Source: Girardia tigrina
Lineage: Eukaryota
DNA length: 63,592 nt
Assembly (NCBI GenBank): GCA_001938485.1
Contig: MQRK01249292.1
Span: 1-63,592 of the forward strand
Reading direction: 5' to 3'
Both the position numbers and the translations under genes were made by a program. Positions 13,316 through 25,697 of the stretch are shown piece after piece. Each line of letters starts with the position of its first letter. The first letter of the stretch is position 1. Below the pieces are notes generated by a model. It was not told the DNA's origin. It did no database searches and saw nothing but the letters and a program-made list of their open reading frames with translations.

Positions 13316-14625
13316 CGTGTTTGACGCATTAATTACACTGAATGGATAGAAAGCATTAAATACAATTTAGTGAATTTTTTGTGATTAAACTATAATATCT
13401 ATAGGTAATGAAAATGCAATTTGTTTTATTGCATCATTGTGTTTACCTGTTATACAGGCACAGAATCAAAATTTCGCACATTTCGTCATTTTTCCAAATG
13501 AATCCTGTTGAGTATTGCAGTGTGATTAAATTTCTTGTGCTACGAAGGGTAGACAGCCAGGAAATTATCAAGCAGTTAAGGGATGTTTATGGGATAAATT
13601 GTCCCTCTTAAACGACAGTTTATGATTGGATTGCCCAGTTTAAACGTGGATTGACAACTGTTTTTGATGAAGAGAGACCAGGACGACCAGTGGAAATTGA
13701 TCAAGACAAATTAGAGAAACGTTGCGAGGAAATCATCAAAACAGAGAGAAAAATCACTGTAAAGACGCTTTGAGCTAGTCTAAACATCAGTGAAGGGAAA
13801 GTACGTGAGATGTTGAAATCCTTTGGAATAAGGAAGCTGGCATCTCGCTTTGTGCCACGATTTCTGTCGGGAGAGATGTGCGAGGCACGTTTGTAGTTTT
13901 CTCAACAAAATCTGGATTTGTGGCAAGAACATGGACAACGATTTCTATTTTCACTGTAGATGAGACACGGCTAAGCCTCTATGCACTCGAGAGCAAAAGA
14001 GAATCTTCAGAATGGCGCCTTGTAAATGAAAAACCAGCACTGAAAATGAGGTCCGGGACAAACCATCGGCGATGTCTTATGCTGCCTGTATTTTGGGACG
14101 GTGATGGTGTCATAAAACTGGATTTCGCAGACAAAACAGTGAAACAGACAAAAACGGCACTATGTCTCACTCGTTGCAGAGACCAGATTATTGCGTAGAA
14201 AGCCTAGAGGCTAACCACTGTGTCTGTTGCAAGACAGCGCACCAATTCACAAAAGTGCCCTTTCCACAGCGGCTATTGATGATGCAGGTTTCAACCTAGT
14301 CCCTCATCCTCCATACAGTCCTGACCTGGCGCCAAGTGATTTTTGGTTATTCCGGTACCTGAAGAAGGCGATTCGTGGCAAAAACTTTTTTTTTATCCCA
14401 TGAATAAGTGAGAGGTGCAGTTATGAATTTCTTTGCTGAATGTGACTCTAACTTCTTCAAAGATGCCTTTTCTGAATTAGTGGTACGCTGGGAGAAGTGC
14501 GTGGCCAATAATGGTTCTTACATTGAGAAGTAAACCTTTACATGTTTGTTATCACTTGTAGAATATATGAAATGCCTGTGATTTTCCTTGTATACTTAGT
14601 CCGGGGACTTAATGCTTCAACCATG
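13316..14625 (+). mobile_element. mariner (DD34D, irritans-like) transposon, decayed
   Basis: RFVPRFL, TVDET and HPPYSPDLAPSDFWLF motifs; imperfect TIRs with TA flanks. Confidence 0.88.
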
Positions 14626-14999
14626 TATATAAATCTTCCTTTATTTTATTAATTTATTCAGTTAATTGTGGCTTTATTCATTTTAATTATGTTTCATTTA
14701 AAAATTTATCTTTGAAAATTTTATTTAATGTAAAAGTAACATTTTCTCTACATAAATTATTTATTTTATATCAATATGGAAAATTTGAATATTATGTGTA
14801 AAATTTATGTAAATTTTTTTTATACATGTTTTTGTCTATAAAAGCAATTATTTGATGTATAATAAATTTATTTTGTAATAATCTTTACATAAATAGTAGT
14901 TACTTGATCTTATCAAAAAACTTAGCCATTATTATCCTTATGTTATTAAACATTTAATTAGTATGATCTAATTCTCCAATTAACGCTTCTAATATTTAG

Positions 15000-15217
15000 A
15001 TCTATAAGATACACCTGTCGCCGATTGGTGAGATTAATATTTTTCTTCTGTGGTTTTCATTACTTACAAGTTCGTGGCAAACGAGCTGATCCTAAAGAAG
15101 CAATGATTTTGGTTGCCGCTCCGCATTCTACATTCTGCGATATTTTAGCTGTCTTATCAGGACGAACTTTAAGTGGTATTTCTAAGTCAGAAAACGCCTC
15201 AATTCCTGGTTTAGGAA
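15000..15217 (+). CDS. LPCAT-like exon with acyltransferase motif I (HxxxxD: PHSTFCD)
   Basis: tttag|...ILVAAPHSTFCD...|gtgata; phases are compatible with both neighbours. Confidence 0.93.
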
Positions 15218-15269
15218 GTGATATTTCTAATGCTTTACCGGGTCAAACTAGAAAGACTTTTCTTTGTAG

Positions 15270-15443
15270 GTCTGGGTAAATTATTACAACCAATTTGGGT
15301 TAATCGAGAAGATATGAATTCTCGAATAAGAACCATTGAATTACTATCCGAAAGATCAAAGTATGCGTGGAAAATGCCACAAATTGTTGTATTTCCTGAA
15401 GGAACGACAACTAATAGAAGTTGCTTGATAAATTTTAAAGCTG
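15270..15443 (+). CDS. LPCAT-like exon with QPIWVNR and FPEGT motifs
   Basis: Follows a 52-nt GT-AG intron; encodes PQIVVFPEGTTTNRSCLINFKAG. Confidence 0.95.
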
Positions 15444-15488
15444 GTAACGAAATAATCAAATGATCCTAATTTGATATTGGCTGTTAAG

Positions 15489-15547
15489 GTGCCTTTGTAC
15501 CCGGTGTTCCTGTGCAGCCAATGTTAATCAGATATCCGAATCGAGTG
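15489..15547 (+). CDS. LPCAT-like exon (GAFVPGVPVQP, motif IV)
   Basis: Follows a 45-nt GT-AG intron; ends at gtacga. Confidence 0.93.
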
Positions 15548-15835
15548 GTACGATATGCTTTTATTATTACAATATTTTATTTATAAAAAATATTTAAACT
15601 TTTTTTACATTTTCTTACATTTAATCTGATCCATAACTAATGTTTATTAATGAAATAAGATTGACATAGTTAAAATCACTGATTTCAAGAGACTCTTAAA
15701 TTTAAGAAAGCGGTAATATTTAAATGTAATAAATACAATTGAATATTTGTGAGAACCACATTACAGTTTTTTAGACATTTACAATTATATTGCGATCTAA
15801 TTGTGGGGAATATTTGGAATTTTGATGTCTGTGTG

Positions 15836-16816
15836 GGTGACCCGACAAAATAGCGAACGAAAAAATAGCAGCAACAAAATAGCACTAAATTTCCCGACAA
15901 CATAGCGCCGACAAAATAGCACCGTCTCCTCACATCAAGGCACGTTCATTGATTCAGCAAGGGGAGTAAGCCAATCAAATTTGCAGCCCTTAGACTGCAC
16001 CTCGAGTAACCAAGTCCTATCTGTTCCTGAATTTCAACTTGGATCCCGCGATAGCCCTGGTGTCCCTCTAGCTCCGCACGCACCGCCAGTTCGATCACCA
16101 CCTAATTTTCTTGATCGTCTCCGTCACAACCNCCGCCAGTAGCTTTTTCACGTCGCGCGGGAAGTGCGAATCAAACAGACCATCCTTGACATTGCGCGCG
16201 CTCACCGCTACATTGCAGTAGAGCAAGCCCACTTCACAGTACAACTCGCTCTCCGCCTCTTGATCGTCCACGACCCACCTCTCGATTATTTCCGTGTCCA
16301 CCTCGTCCTCAAGCACGATCCCCCCGGTCGCTGTCGCCATGTTCCTATGCTTGTCCTTAAAATTGTTACCAAACCCGGGCGCTTTCACGGCGCACACTCG
16401 CAGCCGGGCGAGCATGAGCGCCATCAACGCCCCTCCGTCCACGCTCTCGGCCACCAGGAAGAATGGCCCTCGAGATCCTGTCCGAGAACAGAATATACAT
16501 GTTCGGGAACTCGAAATGACAAAACACGGCGAGATGCATCAACGATCAAACTCCATACGTGGATCGTCCTGGCATCCCCGACCGCCGTCCATCCCGACCT
16601 TCCGAATCACATCCGAGATTATACCGACTACTCAAAGGTCCTGCTCGTCGAAATCGCCACTTTCTGGCGATCCACTTGGGTGCTCCCCACCGGAAATCGA
16701 TCAAATTGGCGTCCATGTTGATCTGCCCACATCCGTCTATCTAATACACAACAAATAATATCCAAAACCCAAATTTTAATAATTGATAAATATTAGCGCT
16801 ATTTTGTCGGGGAACC
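15836..16816. mobile_element. Non-autonomous TIR element (MULE-like ends) carrying GC-rich cargo
   Basis: Left ggtgacccgacaaaatagcg and right cgctattttgtcggggaacc are inverted copies (18/20). The left end has tandem acaaaatagc subterminal repeats. Possible degenerate 9-bp TSD gtctgtgtg/gtttgactg (6/9). Confidence 0.65.
16190..16730 (-). pseudogene. Degenerate, internally deleted hsp60/cpn60 (mitochondrial chaperonin-type) fragment
   Basis: Collinear motifs across frames: ANLIDFRWG, IISDVIRKVG, MEFDR*CISP, EFPNMYILFS, then VAESVDGGALMAL..RVCAVKAPGFGNN...MATATGGIV. Confidence 0.85.
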
Positions 16817-17099
16817 GTTTGACTGATGTTTGAATCTTTGAATGTTGTTTTGATTTGGGATCGTGTCTCTTACCAAGATGGATGATTAATATTTGAATTC
16901 TTATAATCTGAAAATAACTTTTAATTTAATTTAATTATTAAATTCGACGTTTTTGTCCGCGGCGTTTTTTCGTATGTATGACGAGGGATATAAATTTTCG
17001 TCTTTGAAAGTTTCTGTTTTAATTTTTAAATCGTAATTATTATTTATTGTTTCGAAATCGGTCTTTAATTTTTCAATTTTTACAAAAATTATTTTTAAT

Positions 17100-17767
17100 T
17101 TAAGTTTTTATAATAACTTCACGTTTTATAAACTTCATGTTTGGGCACTCTCTTCTAACATGCCCTTCTTCGTGGCATGCCCAACAGGTAATTTTTCGCG
17201 CTTTTAAATTTCTTCTTGTTTCTTGTTCTATGAATTTCTCGTTCTGTGGTCTTGGTGTTCTTTTTTTATTTTCGACTGTTCTCCATTCATTTTCTACAAA
17301 CGCTACAGGAGCGTTTTTTTTCTTTTTATCAAATTCGAACATTCTCGTTTGAATATCTTCAATCTCTTCAGATTTCTTGACACCTCTAACACCTATTTCT
17401 TTCTGCACGTTCTCATCATTTATCAGATTAGCGCAGACCAATTTTGATAGTTCTTTTTTACCCTACTTTTTCTTTATTAACTTCAATTCTCATTTCTACC
17501 AGTTCCTTCATTAGATCCAGGATAGATTTTTCCTTTGAAAACGCGGATCTTAGTTTCTCTTCATATGTTTCACCTGCCGCTGCTTCATATTTTATTATGA
17601 CATCTTGAGTCAAATATGGTATTGCTAATAAGATTTTCCTCTCCTGAAAATCCAATTATCTTCGCATACCTGTTAAAGCTCGTTATGAATGCCTCAACTT
17701 TTGTTTCTGATCCATCAAAAATCTCCGGACCTCTGATGTTCGGAATCACGTGGTCGTGTGTCGCCAT
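17100..17767 (-). mobile_element. Ty3/gypsy gag remnant with CCHC zinc knuckle
   Basis: CWACHEEGHVRREC knuckle; GPEIFDG..VEAFI N-terminus; TGGCGAC PBS-like site at 17766; frameshifted. Confidence 0.8.
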
Positions 17768-18297
17768 ATTAAGAACACCAACATGGCTTTTCAAACTTTT
17801 ATTTTCATTACAATCAGAATTGTCTTTTGGACAACTCTCAGAAAAACTCTCGGCATTCGACATCGTTCTAAATTGATAACTTTTAGTTAATGTTTTTTAA
17901 TAAACAATTATTCGAACAAATTTTACATTTTCTGATTTTATTTTTAAAGTTCAAATTTTGTAATTTTAGTAAGAATTTTATCTACATATTAATTTTATTT
18001 AAAAAATGATTTTATGTAAAGAAAGAACATTTATTTAATTTAAAACTTAGTTAAAAGCTATTTACATTATTTAAATTTTTAATATTAAAATTTGAAACGA
18101 TTTAATATTTTTAATGTTTTTTAAATATCTTATGCTGTACTTTAAAATGCAAATTATACTCGAATAATTATTCATCGTGAACATCCAAAATATCAATTTT
18201 CCATCTGGGTGGGAGAAACACATTTCCAAATACTAAACTCAACATACAAAATTCAACATACCATTTTTAACATACCAAATTTAAAATATTCCTCACA

Positions 18298-18960
18298 CTA
18301 GATAAGAGACGGCTCCCGTTCCACGCTCTCTTAGCTACTGGCAATGGACAGATGATCTTGAAAAGAGTCTTTGAATCCTCAATGACCGAAGGTAAGAAAA
18401 TCTCAGGAAAAAAGAAGCAACAAATCAAAGAATGCCTAAGAGTTGACACGGAATGGCTTTTTGGAGAAACCGCTTCTTTTGATTATTTTTAATGGAGGGA
18501 TTCAATTGCCATCTATGCCGAAAGAACTATAAGACCAAAGGATGGCTCATCAGACATCTCAAAACAGTGCACAAAATTAAAGAAGAACAATTAGTCCAAC
18601 TTTTTCCGAGCAGAACCAATCAGTCCAGACAATCAGAAGAAGGGAATCTACCACTGAACGCGATACTAGAAGACAAGGCAACTCAAGTACCAATCGTCGA
18701 TCCGAATGCTGCTTCGATAGGAGAGTCAGAAGCGAGTCCTTTAGAAATCCATCTGGACTACCGCCTTACAGATCTTACTGTGAGAGAAACCTTCAGATGC
18801 CCGTTTCGCGGATGTGTAAAGTCCACGTACACAGCCAAAGGGATGCAGAATCATGGGACTACTATCCATGACTGGTCGTTTCTGACTGGATTTCCAAAGC
18901 GTGAGCGGAAGCCTGACGTCCATGTAGGAGGCATATCGGGGAGCTTATAGATTTATTTGG
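18298..18960 (+). mobile_element. 3' fragment of an RTE-like LINE (RT-ORF C-terminus plus a downstream two-C2H2 ORF at 18492-18950)
   Basis: KRVFES.MTEGKKISGKKKQ...WLFG followed by CHLCRKNYKTKGWLIRHLKTVH and CPFRGC...QNHGTTIH. Homologous to 55090-57350. Confidence 0.75.
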
Positions 18961-19057
18961 TTTGGGTGGACCATCTAAAGAGCCTTTAGGCTCAATATCA
19001 TTCTTGAAAGAAATGGGAGGTCCAAATTTGGTATGTTGAGTTTTGCATTTGGAAATG

Positions 19058-19095
<38 letters not shown>

Positions 19096-19263
19096 AGTAA
19101 GCCAATAAAAAGAATGGAATAAAATAACGTTTAATATTATCAGAATTGTTTTAAATGCTTTGGTGGCAGACTTTTGGCCCACCATGTATATGTTTATATT
19201 ACATTGTATAATTTTTATTGTTTTTAATTTAAATATATCAATTGTTAATTCTTTTATTATTAG

Positions 19264-19298
19264 GATTGCATTACATGGACGGACAACCAACTCCCTGT
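19264..19298 (+). CDS. LPCAT-like 35-nt exon (DCITWT)
   Basis: attag|GAT TGC ATT ACA TGG ACG...|gtaagt; phases 0/2 fit. Confidence 0.88.
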
Positions 19299-20348
19299 GT
19301 AAGTGATATTCTTTCTATTAATAATAATAATAAAAGTTGACAGTGTTCAGATTTATGTCTATATTTATACGGCTTTACTGACCTTATCAATTGTTTTTAA
19401 GTACTGGAATACACCAATACGTTATTTATTAAACTTTTCGAAAATTTCTTCCAATTTTTATTGAGGGTCTTCTTTATGCGTAGATTGAACACCATTTTTA
19501 TCCATATCTGTTAATATTTTCTCATATATTTTCTTATATATTTTCTCCAAATCTGAGAATATCTTCCAAATCAAAATTGTCAAGCCATCGTTACACATTA
19601 CGCTCATTTATAACATTAGAATAAGCTTCATTGATGTATCTTACTGCGAGATCTCATTAAAATGGGTACGGGACACAAATTCTAGAAATGCTTGTACTTG
19701 TAAATAAATCGTTTATAGTCAAGCTACACTTACAAGTTTTATTATGAATAGTAATATTCCTATATAGTAATCGCTGCGCTGGTGATCGTTGGGGTTGTTA
19801 TTATAAAAAAATTAGAAATAAATATGCATAGCGAGTATAAAACGGGTAACAAAATGAAATTAAAAGGGTAAATGTAATCATAGAACTTGTTCATGAATTG
19901 AAATAATCTTTATTTACATTTTCAATGATCGCGGAATATTTTTTGAAAAATTTTGTTTTTTTTATTTTTAAATTTGTTAATGTTTTTTTATATTTAAAAA
20001 GCAAGTACAAAGTCCAAAAATGGATCTTAATAAATATTTCAATAATTTCTATAAATAGTTCTTATAATAATTGATTCGTCATTGAAAAATATCTTAACAT
20101 TCTTTATTTCAAACTATACAATCCTAGCTAATTATAATATCGATTATTGGTTTGCTACAGTGATGTGAACGTTTTAAGCTCGATTTGTTAAAATTCTAAA
20201 AATCGAAGCATAATTTTCGTGGCGTGTCAAAAATCACAAAAATAAAGACTAAATGATAAAAATATTTTTATATTTAAGTAATTTATTTATTTAATGCTTT
20301 TTTTCATTAACAAAAATCGTTTAGTTTCAAATTAATTGATATATTTTG

Positions 20349-21284
20349 TGTTGGGTTCTTGATCAAAATTATAATTCATTAACACCAAATTCTATTTCTA
20401 TAACAATAACAATTATTTAAACAATTTTTCTTGAGGAACTTTTTTTGTTTTCTTTTTTTGAGCAGATTAATTATACATAAAAATACTGGATTATAATACT
20501 GATAACTTATTTATTAAAACGTTAATTAAAATTGAATTAATTTTTTGATTACGTTAATTTATATATTAAGATTTTATTATTTTATAAAAATCTAAATAAT
20601 AACTGTACTGTTTTAAATCATTTTTAAACGTATTTTGCTACAATTTCTATTAATTTAAATTATTTAAATGTTGTTATTTCAATATTATTTATCTAAAACC
20701 AGTTAACTTAAATATAATTTTAGATCTTTTATAATATTTGAATGGTACATCTACTGTTAAAATTAAATTTCTTAATATTTTATTCTTCGTTAATTGGTTA
20801 ACATTCAATTATAATTATTCTTTTAATACAAATTGACAATATTTCAATTTTAAATAAACATTATGATTTTTTTATTTTACCGCCTAATTAAAAAAAACAT
20901 TTAATTATAATTATATTTTTTATACAAATTTGATACCATTTTAATTGTAACAAAAACATTATGATTTTTATTTTACAACTCAATTTTTTAAAAAAAACAT
21001 TTGATTATAGTGAATTTTTGAATACAAATTTTGAGTTACAATTACTTGTTATAAATATTAAAAATTTTATTTAAAACCTAATTTTATTTGCAATGTTTGT
21101 TACTCCAAATTATTTATTTCCCTAATTCTAATAAATTAAATTTTAATTACAATTTTTATTATTAATCCGAAATATTTGTTATTTTTAAAAAAATTATATA
21201 AATAAATCATTTGAAATTATTTAATTATAAATATGATATTACAAATTAATTATTTAAAAATTTAATTCACAAAAACCCCTTACA
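20349..21284 (-). mobile_element. Solo LTR of the gypsy-related AT-rich LTR family
   Basis: Bounded by tgttgggttc...ccccttaca; similar to 32588-33499 and 45437-46271. Confidence 0.6.
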
Positions 21285-21294
21285 TTACGATTAA

Positions 21295-21692
21295 TCCCTT
21301 AACATGCACTGACGAGTTAATTCTTTCGCGCTAAACTGGCAAAAACCATGCAGTAACGAGTTAATTCGCTCACCCGTACTAAACTCACCAAACGAATTCA
21401 GAGACTTGTGGGTTATTTCGTACATTGCCGATACGTGCTTTTTCGCAATTCAGCAAGATTCGACATGAATGAAATGGGGATTCGAAAAGAAAGATTAAAA
21501 AGTCGATGTGCGTGTGATTTACAATATTCGACTATTTTCTGCAATGTCATCAAAATCCAAAATTATATTAAACATTTTAATTATTTTTATATTTTTGTAA
21601 TTTTCCTGCCAAGAAAACGTTCTAAACTGTGTTTTTTTACAAAAATGATTTTTTTGGCCAGTTTTTCCAAAAAAAAATTTGCGTGAAGGGGT
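21295..21692. mobile_element. possible piggyBac-like MITE
   Basis: ttaa-tccctt...aagggg-t-ttaa ends with an internal acgagttaatt repeat; TIRs imperfect. Confidence 0.35.
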
Positions 21693-21944
21693 TTAAGAAA
21701 AATTTACAATAATTTATATAAAAAACACGTATTTTGGTAATTCTCAGAAAGTGATCTTGGGTCGAAATAATCATAGTTTTAATGACCAACTCTGGTTGTT
21801 ATAAGAAGCAAACATTTGAGTTATGAAATTTCTTGTCTTTAAAGATGTGTGTTACCAAAAATGAGCTCGTTTGTCGGCACTGGTCTAATATTTTATCATA
21901 TAAAATTAAAATTTTATTTTTAACACTTATTTTAACCAATTTAG

Positions 21945-21999
21945 ATTTCTAACCTCCTGGATAATGCTGTGTCAGGTTTACAACAGATGTATTGTTGAG
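21945..21999 (+). CDS. LPCAT-like 55-nt exon (WIMLCQ)
   Basis: tttag|A TTT CTA ACC TCC TGG ATA ATG CTG TGT CAG...GAG|gtaata. Confidence 0.88.
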
Positions 22000-22087
22000 G
22001 TAATATCAATTTCATCAATTATTATTTATTTTCTGAAGTGATGCACCCGTTATTGTCAACGGTCCACTGATAAACCAATTCAATACC

Positions 22088-22124
<37 letters not shown>

Positions 22125-22179
22125 NNNNNNNNNNNNNNNNNNNNNNNNNNNNNNNNNNNNNNNNNNNNNNNNNNNNNNN

Positions 22180-23445
22180 AATAACTTTTGAATTATATTG
22201 TATTTCTTTTTAATTATAAAGGCATCTTGAAGCTTATTCTTTAAAATTTAATTAAAAGTACATTTTGTTTAAATGTATTAATTGTTGTTATTGTTTTACG
22301 CGTAAGATTCAAAATCGATGTAAACAGCGTGTAAAAATTGTTATTTTATTTGCGAAGCATGAGTCAGTGACTTTAGTCAGAAGAAAACTTCAACGACTTA
22401 AATGGAAAAATATTCCAACCGAAAAAAAGTATTAGAAGCATCTTCAAAAAGTTTGAAGAAACAGGAAGCGTTCTAAATGCCCCAAAATCTGGAAGACCAC
22501 CAATTGATGATGAAAAGAAAAATGAGATAGCAGAACATTTTAAGCAAGAACCCCAGTCTTCTATCAGGAAATCGTTGTCAACTCTGAATTGCTGTTACGG
22601 AACTGTTCAAAAAGTATTAAGAAATGACTTAAAAATGTTCCTCTACAGAATTCAAGCCACGCAACTTTTGTATGAAGAAGATGTTAGACGTGTTATGTGT
22701 GAAACGTTAATTCAATCGATAGATGCAGATGAAAATTTTCTTAGTAACCTGATATTCTCTGATGAGTCAAATTTCCATCTTAATCGCATTGTAAACAGAC
22801 ATAACTGTCGCATTTGGGGCACTGAAACACCAACCGAAACATATCAGAGGTCACAGGCTAGTGAAAAAGTTAATGTTTGGATGTAGTTGTCTTCAACTCG
22901 TGTTTATGGGCCCTTTTTTATTGAAGTAAACATAACAGCGGCGCTTTACCTGGATATGTTAAAAAGTTGCATTATGCCATCGTTATCAAGAACATGCAAA
23001 CGGAAAGCTGTGTTTCAGCAAGATGGAGCACCTGCCCATTATTCACTGATTGTGCGACAATTTCTGGATGAAGCGTTTCCATAACGTTGACTTGGACGAT
23101 GTGGTCCATATATATGGCCGGCCAGGTCACCTGATTCGACATCACTCGATTTTTTGTGTTGGGGTATTTGAAGAATGAAGTGTATAAGAGAAAACCATAA
23201 AGAATTCAGCAACTTAAAGATTTTATTTGTCAAGAAGCGGTAAAAATAGATGGTGAAATGTGCCAAAATGCCATTAAGTCTTTTCATGGACGCCTTAAAC
23301 ACGTATTGATGTCGATGGTTATTCTGATGAATATTATTAAATTTTACTAAATGCTTTTTTGTTATTTAAAACCATTTTTTCATTATGTTTTGCCAAACAA
23401 AGTTATTGCAGTTTAAAACCCGGTAGTTACTTTATGATCACCCTG
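22180..23445 (+). mobile_element. Tc1/mariner DD41D (rosa/VS-type) element, decayed
   Basis: FSDESNF, NRHNCRIWG, FQQDGAPAH, WPARSPD...LD with 41 codons counted between the two Ds. Right end atcaccctg|TA. Confidence 0.88.
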
Positions 23446-24004
23446 TATATATACATAATATTTGTCTAAAAGTGTGTTTATTTGTTTGTCGGTCACGCTT
23501 TTCAATGTGAAATTGCGGAGGAACCAGAGTGAATCCATTTAAGGACATGGTCAATCTGGGTAGCCCGCATCAATACAATTCTGTCGGTACAGCACCTTTC
23601 CCGAAAGACGCACGGATAATTTAATGGTTAATTTAATACCGATTTTGATTATTCCTACAAGGAACTTCGTGAAAATTTTTATGAAAATACAAATAAAATA
23701 CTAATTTATTTGATAAATGACGATTTTCATCACTTATTTACTAATTGTATTACTGAAAATCAGTTTTGTATAAAACACAAATTTTCATTATTAAAAAATA
23801 ATATCAACAAATAAAATGCAAAATTGCGGAGGAGCCGGAGTGAATCCATTTAAGGATGTGATCAATCTAGATAGCCCGCATCAAAATATTTACTAAATAA
23901 AATATTTACTGAAAAAAATTATGAAAAAATTTTAATCTTTTTTTAAAATTAAAATAATTTATTAAATATTATTTAAAAAATAGCAGAATTAAATCTTGTA
24001 CATA

Positions 24005-25323
24005 TTGGGTTGACCAAAAAGTCATTGTGTTTTTTATTAAAATATTTATTATCAAAAAATGACATGGATGCACAAATATTTTTACACGATATACTGTCCA
24101 TTATTTTCAATCACTTTCTTCCACCTTTCCGGTAACTTCATTATTCTTTTGAAGCCTTTGCCTTTGTCAGCAAAAAATCCGTCTAGGAACGATTGTATGT
24201 CATCATCACCGGCGAATATTTTTCTGTTTAAGGAATTCTGCAGTGATATAAATAAGTGAAAATCCGATGGGGCCAAGTCTGGAGAATAATTGGGTGCGGC
24301 AAAACATCCCAACCCAGTGATAAGAGTTTCTGGCGAGTGGTCAACTTGTATGCGGTCTTGAGTTATCATGCTGAATTACAACTCCTTTTCGATTTGCCAA
24401 TTCAGTACGTTTCTGTTGAATTGAATGAGCCAATTTCTCCAGCTGACCACAATATCTGTCTGAATTGATGGTTTCATTCCTCGGAAGGAGTTCAAAAAAC
24501 ACAATTCCTTTAAAATCCAACCAGACGGAAAGCATAACCTTCTTTTGGTGAATTTTTACTTTGGGGATCGTTTTGGCAGGCTCACCACGTTTTGTTCATG
24601 ATCGTCGGCGTTCCACATTGTTGTAAACAATCCATTTTTCGTCACCCGTAATCAAGCGCTTCAAAAATGGATCACTTTGTTCTCGCTTCAAAAGGGAATC
24701 GCAAATGTCTATACGTTTCACCAAATGAATTTCCTTCAGTTCATGTGGTAACTACATATCGAGTTTACTGACGAATCCAAGTTTCTTTAAATAACTTCCA
24801 ACTCTTGATTTCGATATTTCCAGAGTCTCTGCAACTTCTCTTGTAGTCATATGTGGATTAGATTTGATCAGTGCTGTTATTTTGTCGCCATCAACTTCAA
24901 CTGGTCGATCGGAGCTTGGTGCATCTTTCAGATGAAATTTTTCAGAACGAAATTTAGAAAACCAGTATTGACACTGTCGAAGTTTTAAGGAGTCACTACC
25001 ATATACAAAACATATCTTCTTATGAGCTTGCACAGNNNNNNNNNNNNNNNNNNNNNNNNNNNNNNNNNNNNNNNNNNNNNNNNNNTCCCTTTGCGAAAAT
25101 AATGCAACAAAACATGACGAATATGCTCATTTTGATTTTCCATTTCGAATTGACGGTAAAGTAATAAATTAAAACAAAATCCATTAATATTTTGTATAAA
25201 CATATTCTGAAAATTAAGGTTTCAGAATATATAATTGAATTTAAATTTTATCACATCATTTTATATTTTCAAGCTTTTTATTAGGACGTACTCAAAAACG
25301 CAATGACTTTTTGACCAACCCAA
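24005..25323 (-). mobile_element. mariner (DD34D) transposon
   Basis: TIRs ttgggttgaccaaaaagtcattg / caatgactttttgaccaacccaa with TA TSD; HDNSRPH and YSPDLAPSDFHLF motifs. Confidence 0.93.
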
Positions 25324-25373
25324 TAAATAAGTGCCCAACACACGTTAAAGTTATTTTCTTAAATTAATCTATG

Positions 25374-25697
25374 TTCTTAAACTGGTGAGGACCCATCAAC
25401 AAATACAACCAAAATAATAAACAAAATAAATAATTATAAAATAATCAAAAATATAAAAGAAAAACTATAGGACGCAACACCAAATAAAAGACAAATATAT
25501 TTAGATTAAATTATAGAAAAGAATACAAGAAGAAGAATACGAAAGTAAGATTTAATCCATCATAAAATTGTTGGCCATTCCTTGGAAGTATTCTCCGGAA
25601 TATTTGGTGTTGCACCGTATAGTTTTTATTTTATATTTTTGATTATTTTATAATTATTTCGGGTGTATTTGTTGATGGGACCTTACCAGTTAAAGAA
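25374..25697. repeat. Long imperfect inverted repeat (MITE/foldback-like)
   Basis: ttcttaaactggtgaggacccatcaacaaatac...gcaacaccaaata is mirrored by tatttggtgttgc...gtatttgttgatgggaccttaccagttaaagaa. Confidence 0.75.

Noticed and set aside
16095-16758. Functional hsp60 gene or the overlapping plus-strand ORFs
   Set aside because: The hsp60 homology has stops, frameshifts and deletions; the plus-strand ORFs are GC-rich antisense shadows.
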